DNA of 64,000 nt from Callorhinchus milii (GCF_018977255.1 NW_024704743.1:65536001-65600000), one strand, 5' to 3'. Positions 49,760 through 62,162 are shown, counted from the stretch's first letter. Notes: generated from the sequence alone by a model not told the origin. A program made the numbers and translations.

Positions 49760-51525
49760 GGGATCCGCTCAGCTGCCTCTGCTCTTCCGCCTACTACCCC
49801 TTCTCCATCTTCCCCTGAAAACCCCGCCCCCAGCCAATCTCTCCCTCCACACCTGTTTCCCATTCCTCTCTCACCACCACTATAACCCTCATAAAACCGA
49901 CCACTTGCTCCCTCGACCCCATCCCTACCCATCTCCTTACCTCCCAGTTCCACCTCCTTGCCCCTCTACTCATAGAATAAACTTCTCCCTGTCCACTGGT
50001 ACTGTTGCCACCACTTTAAAAACAGCCGTCATCATTCCAATCCTTAAAAAATTCTCCCTGGATCCATTCCTGCTCTCAATCTACTGCCGCATCTCCAACC
50101 TCTCTTTCCTCTCCCAGGTCCTGGAATGAGTCGTTGCTTCCTAGCTTCGCTCCTTTCTGTCCTGACATTCCCTTCATGAACCCCTCCAATCAGGTTTCCG
50201 TTCCACCCACAGCACAGAAACAATTCTGGTCAAAGTGACAAATGACATTTTGTCCATCTGCGACCAGGGCTCCCTCTGCTTCTTTGTCCTCCTTGACCTC
50301 TCTGCTGCTTTAGATACCGTCGACCACTCTATCCTCCTACACTGCCTCTCCTCTCAGCTCAATCTTCGCGGACCTGCCCTTGCCTGGTTCGAATGCTACC
50401 TCTCCCACCGTCTCCACTTTGTCGCCACAGACAGCTTCTCTTCTAGCCCCCACACCGTCTCATGTGGCGTTCCTCAGGGCTCTGTCCTTGGTCCTCTCCT
50501 CTTCAATAACTATATGTTTCCTATTGGTGACATCATCCACAGACATGGGGTCAACTTCCACATGTACGTGGATGACACCCAACTCTACCTATCTGCCTCC
50601 ACCCTCGACTCTAGGACCACTGCTGTACTGACAGAATGTCTTGTGAGACATCAAGTCCTGGATGAGAGCTAACTTTCTTCAGTTGAACGTCAACAAGACC
50701 GAGACTCTCCTGATTGGCTCCCGTCAGCGTCTCCTCACCTCAGGCGTTGACAGCATCACCATCCATGGTTGCACACTCCACATTGCTAAGCCAGTCCGGA
50801 ACCTTGGCATCTTAATTGACTCTCAATTATCCTTCCTGCCCAACAACCATGCCATGATCTGCTCTGCCTTCCCCAATCTCCGCAACATCGCCCGTCTCCT
50901 CCACTGTCTCACAACTCAGGCCGCCAAAACCCTCATACACCCATTCGTAACATTGAGGCTTGACCATGCAAACTCCTTGGCTTGTTGGTTTCCCCAACTC
51001 TTCCCTCCATAGGCTGCAAATCATCCAGAACTCTGCAGCATATGTCCTCTCCCGCACCAGACTCCTATCACCCCCATCCTCGCCCGACACTACTGATTTC
51101 CCACACACAGAGGATACAGTTCAAGATCCTGGTCCTCACCTTCAAAACCCTCCATGGCCTTGCTCCCCTCTATCTCTGCGACCTCCTACCCCCCTACCAA
51201 CCTGCCCGTTCCCTCTGCTCAGCGGGCTCCGGCCTGCTTCTCGTCCCGCACCTTGCCCACCCCATGGGCCTTCTGCCACTCTGCCCCCACCCTCTGAAAC
51301 TCCATCCTGCAGGCCCTCTGCCTTGCCCATTCCCTTGTCTCCTTGAAGACCCATCTCAAGAAACTCCCCTTCAACCATGCTTTCAATCTCCCTGCTTCTC
51401 CCCCCTGCCCTCCACCATCCTCAATCCCAACCCCCAGCTCGGGTCCGAAACACTGACTGTCCAGATCTTGGGATGTCCTCCTGACGTGAAAGGCACTATA
51501 CAAATGTAAGTTTGTTGTTGTTGCT
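49760..51525 (+). mobile_element. L2 LINE, about 1.8 kb of RT domain and 3' UTR, decayed
   Basis: LLDLSAALDTVDH, GVPQGSVLGPLLF, MYVDDTQLY, LQLNVNKTE, RIQFKILVLTFK; (TTG)n tail. Confidence 0.95.
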
Positions 51526-52099
51526 GTAACTTAACACCATAACTTAACAGTTTACGTTTTCACATGTCACTGGTATACATTGGCAGCGTGTTTTGTGCTC
51601 AGCATTTAATCTCATGAAATACTGTATTCAGAACTCTGTGTGCTTGGATCAAGATTTTACAGTGAAGAATTATACTTGGAATGAAATAAGCCTGGTAACT
51701 CTTCCGCTACCCCCATGTATTTCTTTATCTTTATTGGATATTGACGGTACAGATTACGTGCGATATTTCTTCCAAAAGAATGGTCGCCACACACTTAAAA
51801 TTTCAATAAGTCTCGATGTGATAAGGTTCCAGTTTATTCAGGTATCCAGGTGATCAGGTTATTCATTTACAAATTTGGCTAAATGTAATGCCCATTTTAA
51901 TGTAATTTTTTTTGTCATCTGTCCAGTCTCATCATAGCTCTCTATTTAAGACTGGGCCCAATTAATAAGTTTGCAAATCTTATCAGTATAAACTAGGTGA
52001 TGGCTCCATGCGTGACACCCTCAAACAAGTCATCAGCCCTAATTATTCCTGTTCATTCACAGGCCGGCCCTTCGGTTCATCACTTTTGGCAGATTGATC

Positions 52100-52470
52100 T
52101 ACGTGTCAGCCTGCTCAGTTGGGAGTGCTCTCAATTGAAATACATGAGATCATAGTCTTGGCTGACAAACCACTGCAATACTGGGAGAGCACAGCACAGT
52201 TAGAAATGTCACCTTTTGGATCGGATGTTAAACTGAGTTCCTATCTGCCTCTTCAGGTTGATACCCAAGATGCTATACAAAAAGAGAAGCAAATGTTTTT
52301 TTAAAAAGTGTACTCATTAATAATGCTCTGGATAAATTGATCATTCAATTGGCTTTTCATGGGACCTTGCTGGTGAAAGTGGGTGCTTTATTTGCCCATT
52401 AAAGCAGTTATTACTTGTGACAGGAATTACTTGTGAAGCGTTTCAAGGTGGTAAGGCACTATAAAATTTG
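52100..52470 (+). mobile_element. DeuSINE, degraded
   Basis: gtgtcagcc..ctcagttgg head; tcggatgttaaactgag; ttcaggttgat; tail. Confidence 0.7.
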
Positions 52471-53047
52471 CTATCTATCCCCCAATCCCATTCCTAATTG
52501 CATAAGCATGCTTGTCTTTTCTGAAGAAACAGTATCAACTCACTTTGTGGGGTTCCAAGTACACACTACATATAATGTGCAACGATGTGAAGCCAGCTGT
52601 ACAGTGGAAACATCTCCTGTTTCATTGAACTTGCAACAAGAAATTGTGCAGCAAAAGATTCTTTTATTCACATCATTGGACTTTGTTTAGGGAACACCTC
52701 TGAGAATAAGTGAAATAATATTCCTGGGAAACCAGTTGTTCACTTAACAGCTGCTACAAAATAACCAGTCTATTTCTACCTTTGTCATCGATCCTGCTTT
52801 ATAATAAAAAGGAATTCATATGACATTAGATGCAAAATAAGTTTTATGCTCACAATGAAACTACGTTCCCAGAGGCATGAAAGGCCTTTAAGGCTGACCA
52901 TTTTAAAGATTTCTTTTAACCTTGTAAATATCAGTGTGGAAAAGGATGGACCAGCCATTATTTACAACTTTTATAGCATTACAACTATTCTTTCAGTCCA
53001 GTGATCAGAAGCTCTGTTTTATTTGAATTCTCTTTTTTTTCTCTTAG

Positions 53048-53112
53048 GGAGGCAAGGGGAGAGTAGGAGTGGTGATTTCATCCTACATGCACTTCACCAA
53101 TATATCAGCAAG
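53048..53112 (+). CDS. TNS3: TNS3 exon GGKGRVGVVISSYMHFTNISA(S)
   Basis: tttttttctcttag| 65 nt |gtaatt; completes HCRGGKGR. Confidence 0.96.
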
Positions 53113-53359
53113 GTAATTGCAAAGCTCAGAGCTGAAGCTGTTGTGTTTCATGTTGTCAAATTTTCTGTCTTGGGTCTCAAACGTCAGGTTTCAATACCAC
53201 TTTTTATGTGACTTTTACGACTCACTGATTTATTATTAATCACCAATAACTTCAAAATTTCTTTTAAATCTGATTATTTTAAATCAGAAAAAAGACTTTT
53301 TTTCTTGCACCTTCCCTCCCAGAACGCTCAAAATGTTTAGACTCGTTTACTTCTGGGGT

Positions 53360-53625
53360 TTGGTTGCATGGCCTATGGTACCTTGCCAAAGTCATCATTA
53401 TTTTTGTGCAAGTCTGGACAGAGAATGCTGTTCAGCTATGTTCAGGGTAGAGGGCGAGGGGGAAGGAGGAAAGGACACAGTCCTCACTTGACATCAACAC
53501 ATGTCCACTTCCCGTAACAGTATTTGAATAGGAACTGAGAGAGGAACCCAGACTGATGGTCTAATCCAGGGCCACTGCAGTCAGTTTTAATGTCCCGGTA
53601 TCATCAGCTAACGAAAAATTCTGTG
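53360..53625 (-). mobile_element. Ancient SINE (same family as 36095)
   Basis: gtcctcacttgacatcaacacatg; ggaaccc; atcagctaac. Confidence 0.55.
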
Positions 53626-54272
53626 TGTGTCCAGCATCATTTATAAATTTCGTTTTACAATTTTCAGTGAGTTACTTAAACTTGCTGTGGGGTTATTTTG
53701 AAGGGGACAAATTTGCAAAACATACTGAACTGAACCCAGATCAATACATTTGCTGTATGCAACACGTGCAACAGAGAAATACTTCATCCCCAAACTTGGG
53801 ATGTTAATGTCTTACTTACAAAGATTTACAAAGAATGTACAGCACACAAACAATTGGCCCAACCAGTCCATGCTGTTTTTTAGACTCCACATGAGTGAAG
53901 CTTATTTTGTTTTCTGCATGACCCTATCCCCCGAAACCCCCCACCCATTCTCCCTCCATATCACATCATGTTTCTTCCCACCCCCCTGCTTAAACATTAC
54001 CTATAAATGTATTGAATTCAAAGCAGGGTCAAAATCCGATATCTCAGACTGAGATCAGATGCCCAATAAATTAATTCTATTTGATTATGTTTTCTTTAAT
54101 ATATATTTAACAAAAGTTTAATGGAGTTAATATTGATACGTGAATTGATGATAAAATTAACAGCTGAACAATTGAAGTTTGTCTGAGTTTTGGTTTATTT
54201 TTGTTGCTTAAACATTTGTTTTGTCTTGACTTATCACCTACTGAATTAATTCCTTTTGTTTACGCTTCACAG

Positions 54273-54356
54273 TGCTGATCAAGCTCTCGACAGGTTTGCA
54301 ATGAAAAAGTTCTACGATGATAAAGTATCTGCTCTAATGCAGCCATCACAGAAGCG
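54273..54356 (+). CDS. TNS3: TNS3 exon [27 protein letters not shown](R)
   Basis: cttcacag| 84 nt |gtaaat; tensin QPSQKRY motif. Confidence 0.96.
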
Positions 54357-55578
54357 GTAAATCAGTTTGTCTGATTTCCTCCAATGAGTCTTAGTCTCCT
54401 GTACTGTTAAATATATGGGAAGAGTTTGATTTCATGAATTCACTTATTTTTTAGTGTTTTAAATGAAAGTAAATTCCTCCGCCTCTTTCCACCCACTTTC
54501 TCCCCTGCGTGGCCCCCCTCTTCCCCCACCCTGACGGGGGATCCCCTCTTCTCTACCCTCCTTCCTGATACCTAATATCCACTCGGTTGCCATTTTCAAA
54601 GATTCCTAAAATAATGAGCCATCTTGGCCCAGAGTTGAACAGACTGTAGCAGAGGTTTGAGCAGTTAGGATGAAATTTCAGTTTCACAGCTCAGTTGTAA
54701 AAGGAAACAAAATATTAACTAACTTTATGTCGTGAGTGTGCATGACTTTTAGAGACATTAACTATCGGTTTTTAATCCCATAAAGCGTCTGAGATCCATT
54801 TTTAGGAACAGTGCGCTACTTAGTTTTGGTCCTCATTTTGAGAGTTTGTGAAATTAAAATAGTGCCCGCGCAGCATGACCTCCTGCTCCAGCAAGTTCTG
54901 TTCAGGAAACCACCCCAGGAGTTCCTCAATCCCTGCTAAGTAGGCTTTCAAGATAACAGCCGTTCACATGTACAGAGGTTAGATGCAGGGCAGATGACCT
55001 CACGAGCACTGTGAAAGGTTCCCTAAGGTCTATAGTGGTTGTCACTAAAGTCAAATAGAATTTTTCTAAAATAAAATGTTTTGCTCATTTTGTGTAAAGT
55101 GAACTAGAAGAAGTGACGTGCCATGGTATATATTTTGCCTATGTCAATGACCTGCAAAATATCAGTGCAGTGAGGTCATTCTTCAAGTGAAATGTAAACC
55201 AGGGTAGAAGCCTGGGGCTGCTGCTTTTGGATCTTTATATTTTGTTCAAATCAGTAATTTAAGCCAATCTTACTTGAAGTTGATCCATCAAGTCGTCCCA
55301 CCCAAATAAATCCTAATCAACTGGGTTAGTCAAGAATGTGTTACATAACATCAGGTTCAATCATTGGAAAAATACTACATCCCACAGGATCATTTGATCC
55401 TCGTTTTTTGCTCCAAGACATTAACCCATGTGAAGGGTGTTATATAAATGCAAATTGTCGTTTTAAGTTTAACTTGTGGTATTGAGTTGTTGTTTTATAC
55501 CATGAAATACCTTTTTTATTTATATTTTTAAATAGCTTGGTATATGAACTGCACTTCCAATCTTCCTGTGATGTAGCA

Positions 55579-55686
55579 ATACTTTGCCTGCATATGTAGA
55601 TTTCTAGAATAAATTTCTACTAAATTTTATTGAAGGAAGTATTTGCATCCACCCTCTGCTAACAATCCATGCAGCACTGGGGGAGT
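55579..55686 (+). repeat. 108-bp direct repeat, copy 1
   Basis: Differs from 61461-61567 by one indel and two substitutions. Confidence 0.95.
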
Positions 55687-55726
55687 CTCTTCAGAATGTC
55701 AGAGATACTATTCTCCAGATGAGACA

Positions 55727-56056
55727 CAACAACAACAGCAACAACAAAATTACATTTATAGAGCGCCTTTCAGGTCAGGAGGATGTCCCAAGGCGCTGGA
55801 CAGTCAGAGCTCAGGACCTGAGCATGGGGGAGTGGTGGGGTAGGGGTGAGGGAAAGCAGAGAGGTGGGAGGGCAACTGAAGGCACGATCGAAGAGAAGGG
55901 TCTTGAAACCAGCCTTGAAGGAGGCAAGGGAGGAAGCGAGGCGAAGGGACTGCGGGATGAAGTTCTAGAGTGTGGGGACAAAGAGGCTGAAAGCCCAGCC
56001 ACTGATCATAGGGCGGGTTGGGCGGAGACATGGAGCAGGCCAGAGCCTGCTGAACA
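55727..56056 (-). mobile_element. L2 3' end inserted in a DeuSINE (about 55655-56240 +), with 6-bp TSD gagaca
   Basis: gagaca at 55721-55726 and 56057-56062; the Deu sequence resumes after the insertion. Confidence 0.85.
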
Positions 56057-57969
56057 GAGACATGAAGCTAAGGTCCTGTCTGACTATTCATTGAACATTA
56101 AGGATCACATGGTACTATCCAAAAAGAGAAGGAGGTTTCTCCTGGTGTCCTGGCCAACAATCCACCAGATAAAATTGGTTATTAACTTTTTATGTGGTAT
56201 ATTGTGAAAATTGCAGCCACATTTGACAAGAACAGAATGCTTGATAGTAATTCCAGTGGATCCTACCATAATAACACCGTATTTGCACTTCACAAAATAA
56301 CAATCGCTGGTCAGGACTTTTGCATTCACTGGACATGCACAGAAAGCTATTTTGCTCCAAAATGCCAACTAACTTTTTACCCACTGAAAATGTCTGATAT
56401 CCAGATCAATGCACAGGAAATGCTATTGGCGGTGACCTGATGATTCAGGTCAGACATTTTTTGGTTTGCAGAAAACTGGTTGTGGTCGAGAAGTGAGCCG
56501 GCTGTCTTTAAGGTTCTTTGTTAAGTTAAGTCCACAGCCCAATTGTGGTGTAAACAAACCCACATATGATGAAGCACATAATAACGGGGTTTCACTATAT
56601 TTCTGAAAACTCTTTACAGCACATCAATGCGATAAAACACTATGAAAATGCAAGTTTGTGAATAAAGGAGGCAATGCAGTCAACTTTAATTTATGCTAAA
56701 TTGTGTTGCCGGTATCAATCTAAGCGTGCAATAGCTGGTTGGAATCTATTCACAAAATTGCAGGTATTTTGAAGTAACACGGTATATTTTGAAGTAAAGC
56801 AGCATAGCATTCTGTTGGCTGTGCTTCAATGATGCTCTTAAGAATTTCCCCAGAGCACTCTATGTGTGATGCCAGTGTAACTATTTAGCTTTGGTGCTAA
56901 GAAAATGGTATTGCCCTGTTAATGAGACTTCATGGTTTACTTTTACTAACTAACCAGTAAATGAAACGTTGAGGCTATATTGAAGGAACACTTCAAAGGA
57001 TAGCTGCATTGGCAGAGCATCAGAGAGTCTTAGTATTGTGCTATCACTCACAGAGAGATCTGACTCTTTATAGCTTGTGCTGCCATTTATGTATGAACAT
57101 AAATCAAGAACGTTGATCATTTTTCGGATTTGTTTAATTTGTATTATACTCCACATAGAGATAATCCAAAACGTTATAAATAAAATATCCTTTATAGTAA
57201 CCTACTTAGAAAATTGTCAAAGACCAGATGTTTATCTAAATTTGACAATGGTCTTGTATTTGGGTGAAGAGAGAAAGGTCTCAAAGCACAAACAAAGGGA
57301 GACTGACCTTAGATTGGATCATCCAATTTGTAACAAGCCAGCTTGTTCAGGGCAGTGTTCTAATGGGATCTTAGAAAATAAGGAACTATAAGAGTGAAAA
57401 ACATAATCGTAATTTGGATTTTATGGCACCTACTTCTGTCTTCAGCAAATTGAGAACTGTTGCTTTTTTAATCTTTCTTCCAAAATTAAGATAAAACGCA
57501 CCCTGATTTCTCAAAGCAATGGAAATTCCCTAAGTTCTCAGGAGCAATAGAAATGTTATAGCTACTGCTGTACACTCAATGTTAGTTGGTATCAAAAAGC
57601 TTTTGTTTTATCCTCTCAATCCGTGACGTTAAATAGAATTGCAGCACAAAGCACTGAAGAGCTTTTGGGAATTCACGATGTTCTGGGAACAGTATTGAAA
57701 CTGTGCAATCTTATGGCTGATTTATTTAGTCTTTGGCATCCTTAAAGGGTTGCTTTATGTTCTGAAGGCGATTTCTAAAGTGTGGCATTAGTTTCCATTC
57801 TGAGAATATCAAAGCTTTGAGGCATTAATGTGCTTTGGGAGTCTGCCACATGATTCCTTCAAACACTGGTTTAGTTAACCTCCAATGGTAAAGAAGAACA
57901 CCTCTACTCAGAGAATATCAAATGGTTTTCAGACATGCACCAACATTAACTCTTTGTAACTAAGGAGGG

Positions 57970-58060
57970 GTGAGGCTCATGTGGAGTATAAACACCAGCA
58001 TGGTGCAGTTAAACCAAATAGCTTGTTTCCATCCTATAACATTCCATGTAATTCTATACC
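57970..58060 (+). mobile_element. CR1 3' UTR
   Basis: gaggctcatgtggagtataaacaccagcat...aattctat. Confidence 0.65.
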
Positions 58061-59150
58061 TTGTCCCACTTGAGATGCTATGAATACATGGTGTCTTTTT
58101 GTAATCCTAACAATGTCCCCTTGAATGGAGTTTGGGGCTGCTTCTTGATACCCAGTTTTTACCACTGAAAGCAGAGTGACTGCTTCTAATTCAACAACAA
58201 CAACTTGCATGTGTATAGCACCCCTCATGCAGGGTAGGGTCAGTGGTGGATAGCTTGATTTATATTTCCCTCTCCTCATTACATTGGCTGAGGAGGGGGA
58301 GAGGGTTAGTTTCATGACTGGCTCTTTAATAATGTTAAAAATGTTCTTTCTAAGTTTTTGGATGGATCAATAGTATAGAATGCAGACGTGTGAGGCAATG
58401 TGCTACTTAGTCAGGATGGTTTTGGTGGCCAGGATTCCAGCGTGATTCACTTCACATTGTCATTTCAATTCTGATCTATACTATGCTTTCCCTGTGAAGG
58501 AGTACAGCAGGATCTGGCATCAAACCTGCCAAATGCTAGATGACAACTTGCCAAGAGCCTCTCCTCAAAAAATAAACACATTTTGAGTGGCAAACATTTG
58601 AAGCTAAACATTTGAAATTTACAGAATAATTCTTAATTCCCAGCACTGGAAGCAATCAGAAAGGGTCACTTTGTTTTGTTTTTCATTTTAGTGCAGAAAT
58701 ACAACAGTAAAGAAATAAAATACAATGTTACCTCATGTCAAAAAGTTCTTTACGGGTAATTAGAGTCAAGTGTAGCAGCGGCAATTACAAAATTGCAATG
58801 AGGTGAATGAGCAGTTTAAGTTGAAAAATTACTTTGTCTTAGTCAGGATATATCAGTATAAATTCCCTTTAATTTTCGACTTTTGTAAACAACAATTACT
58901 TGCATTTATATAGTGTCCTTAACATCGCAGTGTAACATCTCGGAGGGTTGAGAGAAGAACTCAGATAATGTCTGCTTTAAGAACACAGAGACATTGCCAT
59001 CAAAATAACTGTTTGTTAAAAACAAATTGCAGAGTACCTTGGTTGCTCCACTGAATACCTTTTTTTTGAGTGTGGGATGGGAAATGAAAGAGATTAAAAA
59101 GGTAAAATGGAACCCGTAAGCATAAACTTTCATTATTCTGTTGCTTGCAG

Positions 59151-59263
59151 GTATGTTCATTTCTTAAATGGACTGCTGTCGGGCACAGTAAAGATGAACA
59201 CCACGCCACTGTTTCTGCACTTCGTTATCCTGCATGGCATTCCTAACTTTGACACCGGAGGAG
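59151..59263 (+). CDS. TNS3: TNS3 exon [37 protein letters not shown] (PTP/C2 junction)
   Basis: ttgcag| 113 nt |gtaaag; visible inside ORF 59107..59337. Confidence 0.96.
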
Positions 59264-59359
59264 GTAAAGCTTCGGAACAGATTGAAAAAAATAGGAAACT
59301 GATATGTAACAGTTGTGAAGCAATGTACATACTTTAGAAGGAAGTGTGGGTAATCCCTT

Positions 59360-59675
59360 TTATTGTGCTTACATTTGGTCAGCTGGGTGTCTGACACATG
59401 CAGAAATCCATCAGCATGCTTAACAGTATCCAAACCAGACTGAGATTTCCAGATATGTCTTGCCAGCTACACATGAACATTTCCTTGTGCCTGGACTCGA
59501 ATACACACACTCTCCCCAGGGGAACACATCCTGCTGGATTAATTCTGAATATTAGGCACAGGTTGGCAAGAGCCAAGGTTTGTGTTGTGTGTTTGGGTAC
59601 TACTGGAATCTAAAACCACATAGCTTGTCATTGATAGCACTTACTCAGCTTAGGTCTGAGCCTAGGAGTAAACTG
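59360..59675 (-). repeat. Family X copy (longest shared body)
   Basis: The reverse aligns with 29785-29980 and 26550-26725. Confidence 0.75.
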
Positions 59676-59889
59676 CATGGTTCACTGCTACTTTTTGGAT
59701 TACAAAAAAGTCTTCTCAAGTGACTATTTTGTAGTGTTATATTATGTATTGTGTACGTAGTATTCTTTTTTAAAAAAAGTTATTGTTTTGATGAACATAG
59801 CTGCCTTTAACATTTGACATGAACGCAGGAACCATGATACTTGAAATGCAGTAATTGCAATGTTTAATTTTTTTTCATTTTATTTACAG

Positions 59890-59950
59890 TTTGCCGCCCA
59901 TTTTTAAAAATCTACCAGGCAATGCAGCCAGTCTACACTTCAGGAATCTA
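59890..59950 (+). CDS. TNS3: TNS3 exon (V)CRPFLKIYQAMQPVYTSGI(Y), C2 domain
   Basis: tttacag| 61 nt |gtaagt. Confidence 0.96.
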
Positions 59951-60127
59951 GTAAGTCTTGTTTCATCCCCTGGTAGCTTTCCTGCTTTAGCACTTTTAGT
60001 CTTTTTTTGGCACCTAGAGTGACAAGTGATTAAGTTAAAACCAAGCCTTGTTCTGCTCTGAGAACAGCAGGAGGTCTTTAGTAACTGTCCCATTATAAAA
60101 GCAATATTTTGCATTTTTGTTTTACAG

Positions 60128-60203
60128 TAATGTTGGTCCAGAGAATCAGAGCAGGATATGCATTTCAATAGAGCCAGCCCAGCTGCTGAAGGGGGATATC
60201 ATG
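60128..60203 (+). CDS. TNS3: TNS3 exon NVGPENQSRICISIEPAQLLKGDIM, C2 domain
   Basis: tttacag| 76 nt |gtgagt. The expected next exon (VKCYH...) was not found in the window. Confidence 0.96.
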
Positions 60204-60714
60204 GTGAGTTTGAAGTCTGAGCCAACAATAGTGTCAACAAAGTAGAGCCAAACATTAACAGCACAATCTTCCTGTATTTTGAGAATAACATTCCCTGGTT
60301 TCATATTGGTGCAATTTTCAAAACAAGCGCACACGATCTTCAAAAGAAGTGACTTTGTTATTTTCAATCATTTGGAATTATTATATTTCCTCCCACTTTG
60401 CTCTTGTTTTTGGAGGGGAGAAGGAGAAACATTGTATATTTCTCCCCTTTACTTTCTTCCACTTTTATTTGTGAGTTTTGTCCTCTCACTGACTACCTGA
60501 CAAGCTGCTCCCTAGGTAGTCATTGAAGATGATGATGCTTTTACTTGATGAAACACTTCCCTGTGAGGAAGCATTTTTTCTGTCCATTTTCAGTTTCCCC
60601 AAAGGTATGCAATTGCAATGATTAATTTTTTTGCGGGGCCAGACTGAGGGCTTGAATCACTGCCCCTTCGACTTGTACAACATTCAGTTTTTTATTCTAA
60701 ATTTAACTTACTCC

Positions 60715-60950
60715 ACATGCTTCTTGTTTGCTTAGCAGTAAAGTAGGAACTCGGTTGTTAGTCGATCAGCGGTAATAATTCCTTAAAAAAAAAGGTGACT
60801 CAATACACGAGCATTTGTGGGACACTGCTGTGTCACAAATTGGCTGCCGCATTTAGCCCACAAAATATATAGTCACTACCCTTTACAATATATTCTGTGA
60901 AGTGCTTTGAGACGTCTCGAAGGGCACTGTAGCAAATCAAATGCTATGAT
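60715..60950 (+). mobile_element. SINE long variant, 5'-truncated
   Basis: tagcagtaaagtaggaactcggttgttagtcgat...aaattggctgccgc...tail. Confidence 0.8.
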
Positions 60951-61460
60951 TAACTGTGCTCTGCTTCTTAACATGATTTTACTGCCCCGAGGATAGTTCT
61001 GTAATGTTTATGTTACACAACAAAGCAAGTTGACAAGTTGTTGTAGCCAGAGCATTGCCATGGGGTTCAGATTGCCCTTGAGCTGAGTTTCTCGAGTCGG
61101 CATGTGATACCTGGAGTTCCTGTAAGAGACTTCTTAATGGCCTGAAACATTTTTTCCTGAGAGAGGCAATTTTACTGTTTGAGCGCTTTTTCAATCCCAT
61201 TGTCTCCCATCCTAATATCAACCCTAAATGATACTTAGCTAGAGTTTCCATTTTATTATTATTTTGTGCACTTTAATGGGGATCAGTAATACCCAACATC
61301 TATCTCTTAATAAAATTTTGATTGTGCTTTTTAATTTGTAATCCAGCTGTACTTCTGGCTCTTTAGTCAACAAAACAAGAATTAGCACTTTTTTGTGCTG
61401 ACTTTTTCTTGTGATATTTTTGTGTGAGTGCACCATTTTTTCAGTAGAGTTCTGGAAGCT

Positions 61461-61567
61461 ATACTTGCCTGCATATGTAGATTTCTAGAATAAATTTCTA
61501 CTAAAGTTTATTGAAGGAAGTATTTGCACCCACCCTCTGCTAACAATCCATGCAGCACTGGGGGAGT
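61461..61567 (+). repeat. 107-bp direct repeat, copy 2
   Basis: Near-identical to 55579-55686. Confidence 0.95.
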
Positions 61568-61846
61568 GCTGCATTGTCTGGAAGTGGCCCCATCTTGTTA
61601 GGAATGAACCGGTCTGCCCTCACTTTGTGCCTGTGATAGATTGGTCGTGCTTTGAAAGCCTAACAGAATGCAAGTTGTTGCATGTTTTGAGAACCGTAGT
61701 GATCGATCCTCAGACCATATTTCATACCCACTCTGGTCTACACCTTTTGTATATAAATTATTTTTTTNCTCCATTAGCGAATCCGTGTTTGCTCCTTGTC
61801 TGGCCTCCTCTCACTGGGCCTGATTGCCCTCTAACACTCACACAAG

Positions 61847-62162
61847 TGGAGTCCTGTAGCTCAGTGTTTAGAGCACTCACCTTGCAAGTGAGAGACCTGA
61901 GTTCAATTCCAGGCAGAGGGCGAAACCTTGGGCAAGTTTCCTTACTCCACACCCCTAATAATAATCGCTCCAAAATCAAAACAATAATAAATTGGTCGTT
62001 TTCAATCCGCGACTGTTTGGGGGACACTGCTGTGCGCAATTGGCTGCCGCATTTCGCCTACAAATATACGGTCAATTCACTTTACAGTCTATTCTGTGAA
62101 GTGCTTTGAGACATCGAGAAGACGTGAAAAAATGCTATATCAAATGCAAGGATTATTATTAT
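61847..62162 (+). mobile_element. tRNA-headed SINE, short variant, full length
   Basis: Close match to 21602-21927. Confidence 0.93.

Larger units (their letters stand above)
8867..60203 (+). other. TNS3: Tensin-3 gene, partial: 11 coding exons, 879 nt, 293 codons. Covers the end of the C1 region, the linker, the PTEN-like PTP domain and the N-terminal part of C2. The gene continues beyond both window edges.
   Basis: All introns are GT-AG and exon phases join without a stop. The spliced peptide MEEGYELDLTYITERIIAVSFP...HCRGGKGR...[29 protein letters not shown]...IEPAQLLKGDIM matches TNS3 as I recall it. TNS1 has HNKGNRGR and KIVPIGQPSQ at the equivalent positions. Confidence 0.93.

Noticed and set aside
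50235..51509. Long ORFs with reverse transcriptase motifs as a functional gene
   Set aside because: Frameshifted, 5'-truncated L2, with YVDD in place of YADD.
36565..60203. PTEN, TPTE, auxilin/GAK or TNS1/TNS2 identity
   Set aside because: The P-loop is HCRGGKGR rather than HCKAGKGR or HNKGNRGR, and [16 protein letters not shown] and IEPAQLLKGD fit TNS3.
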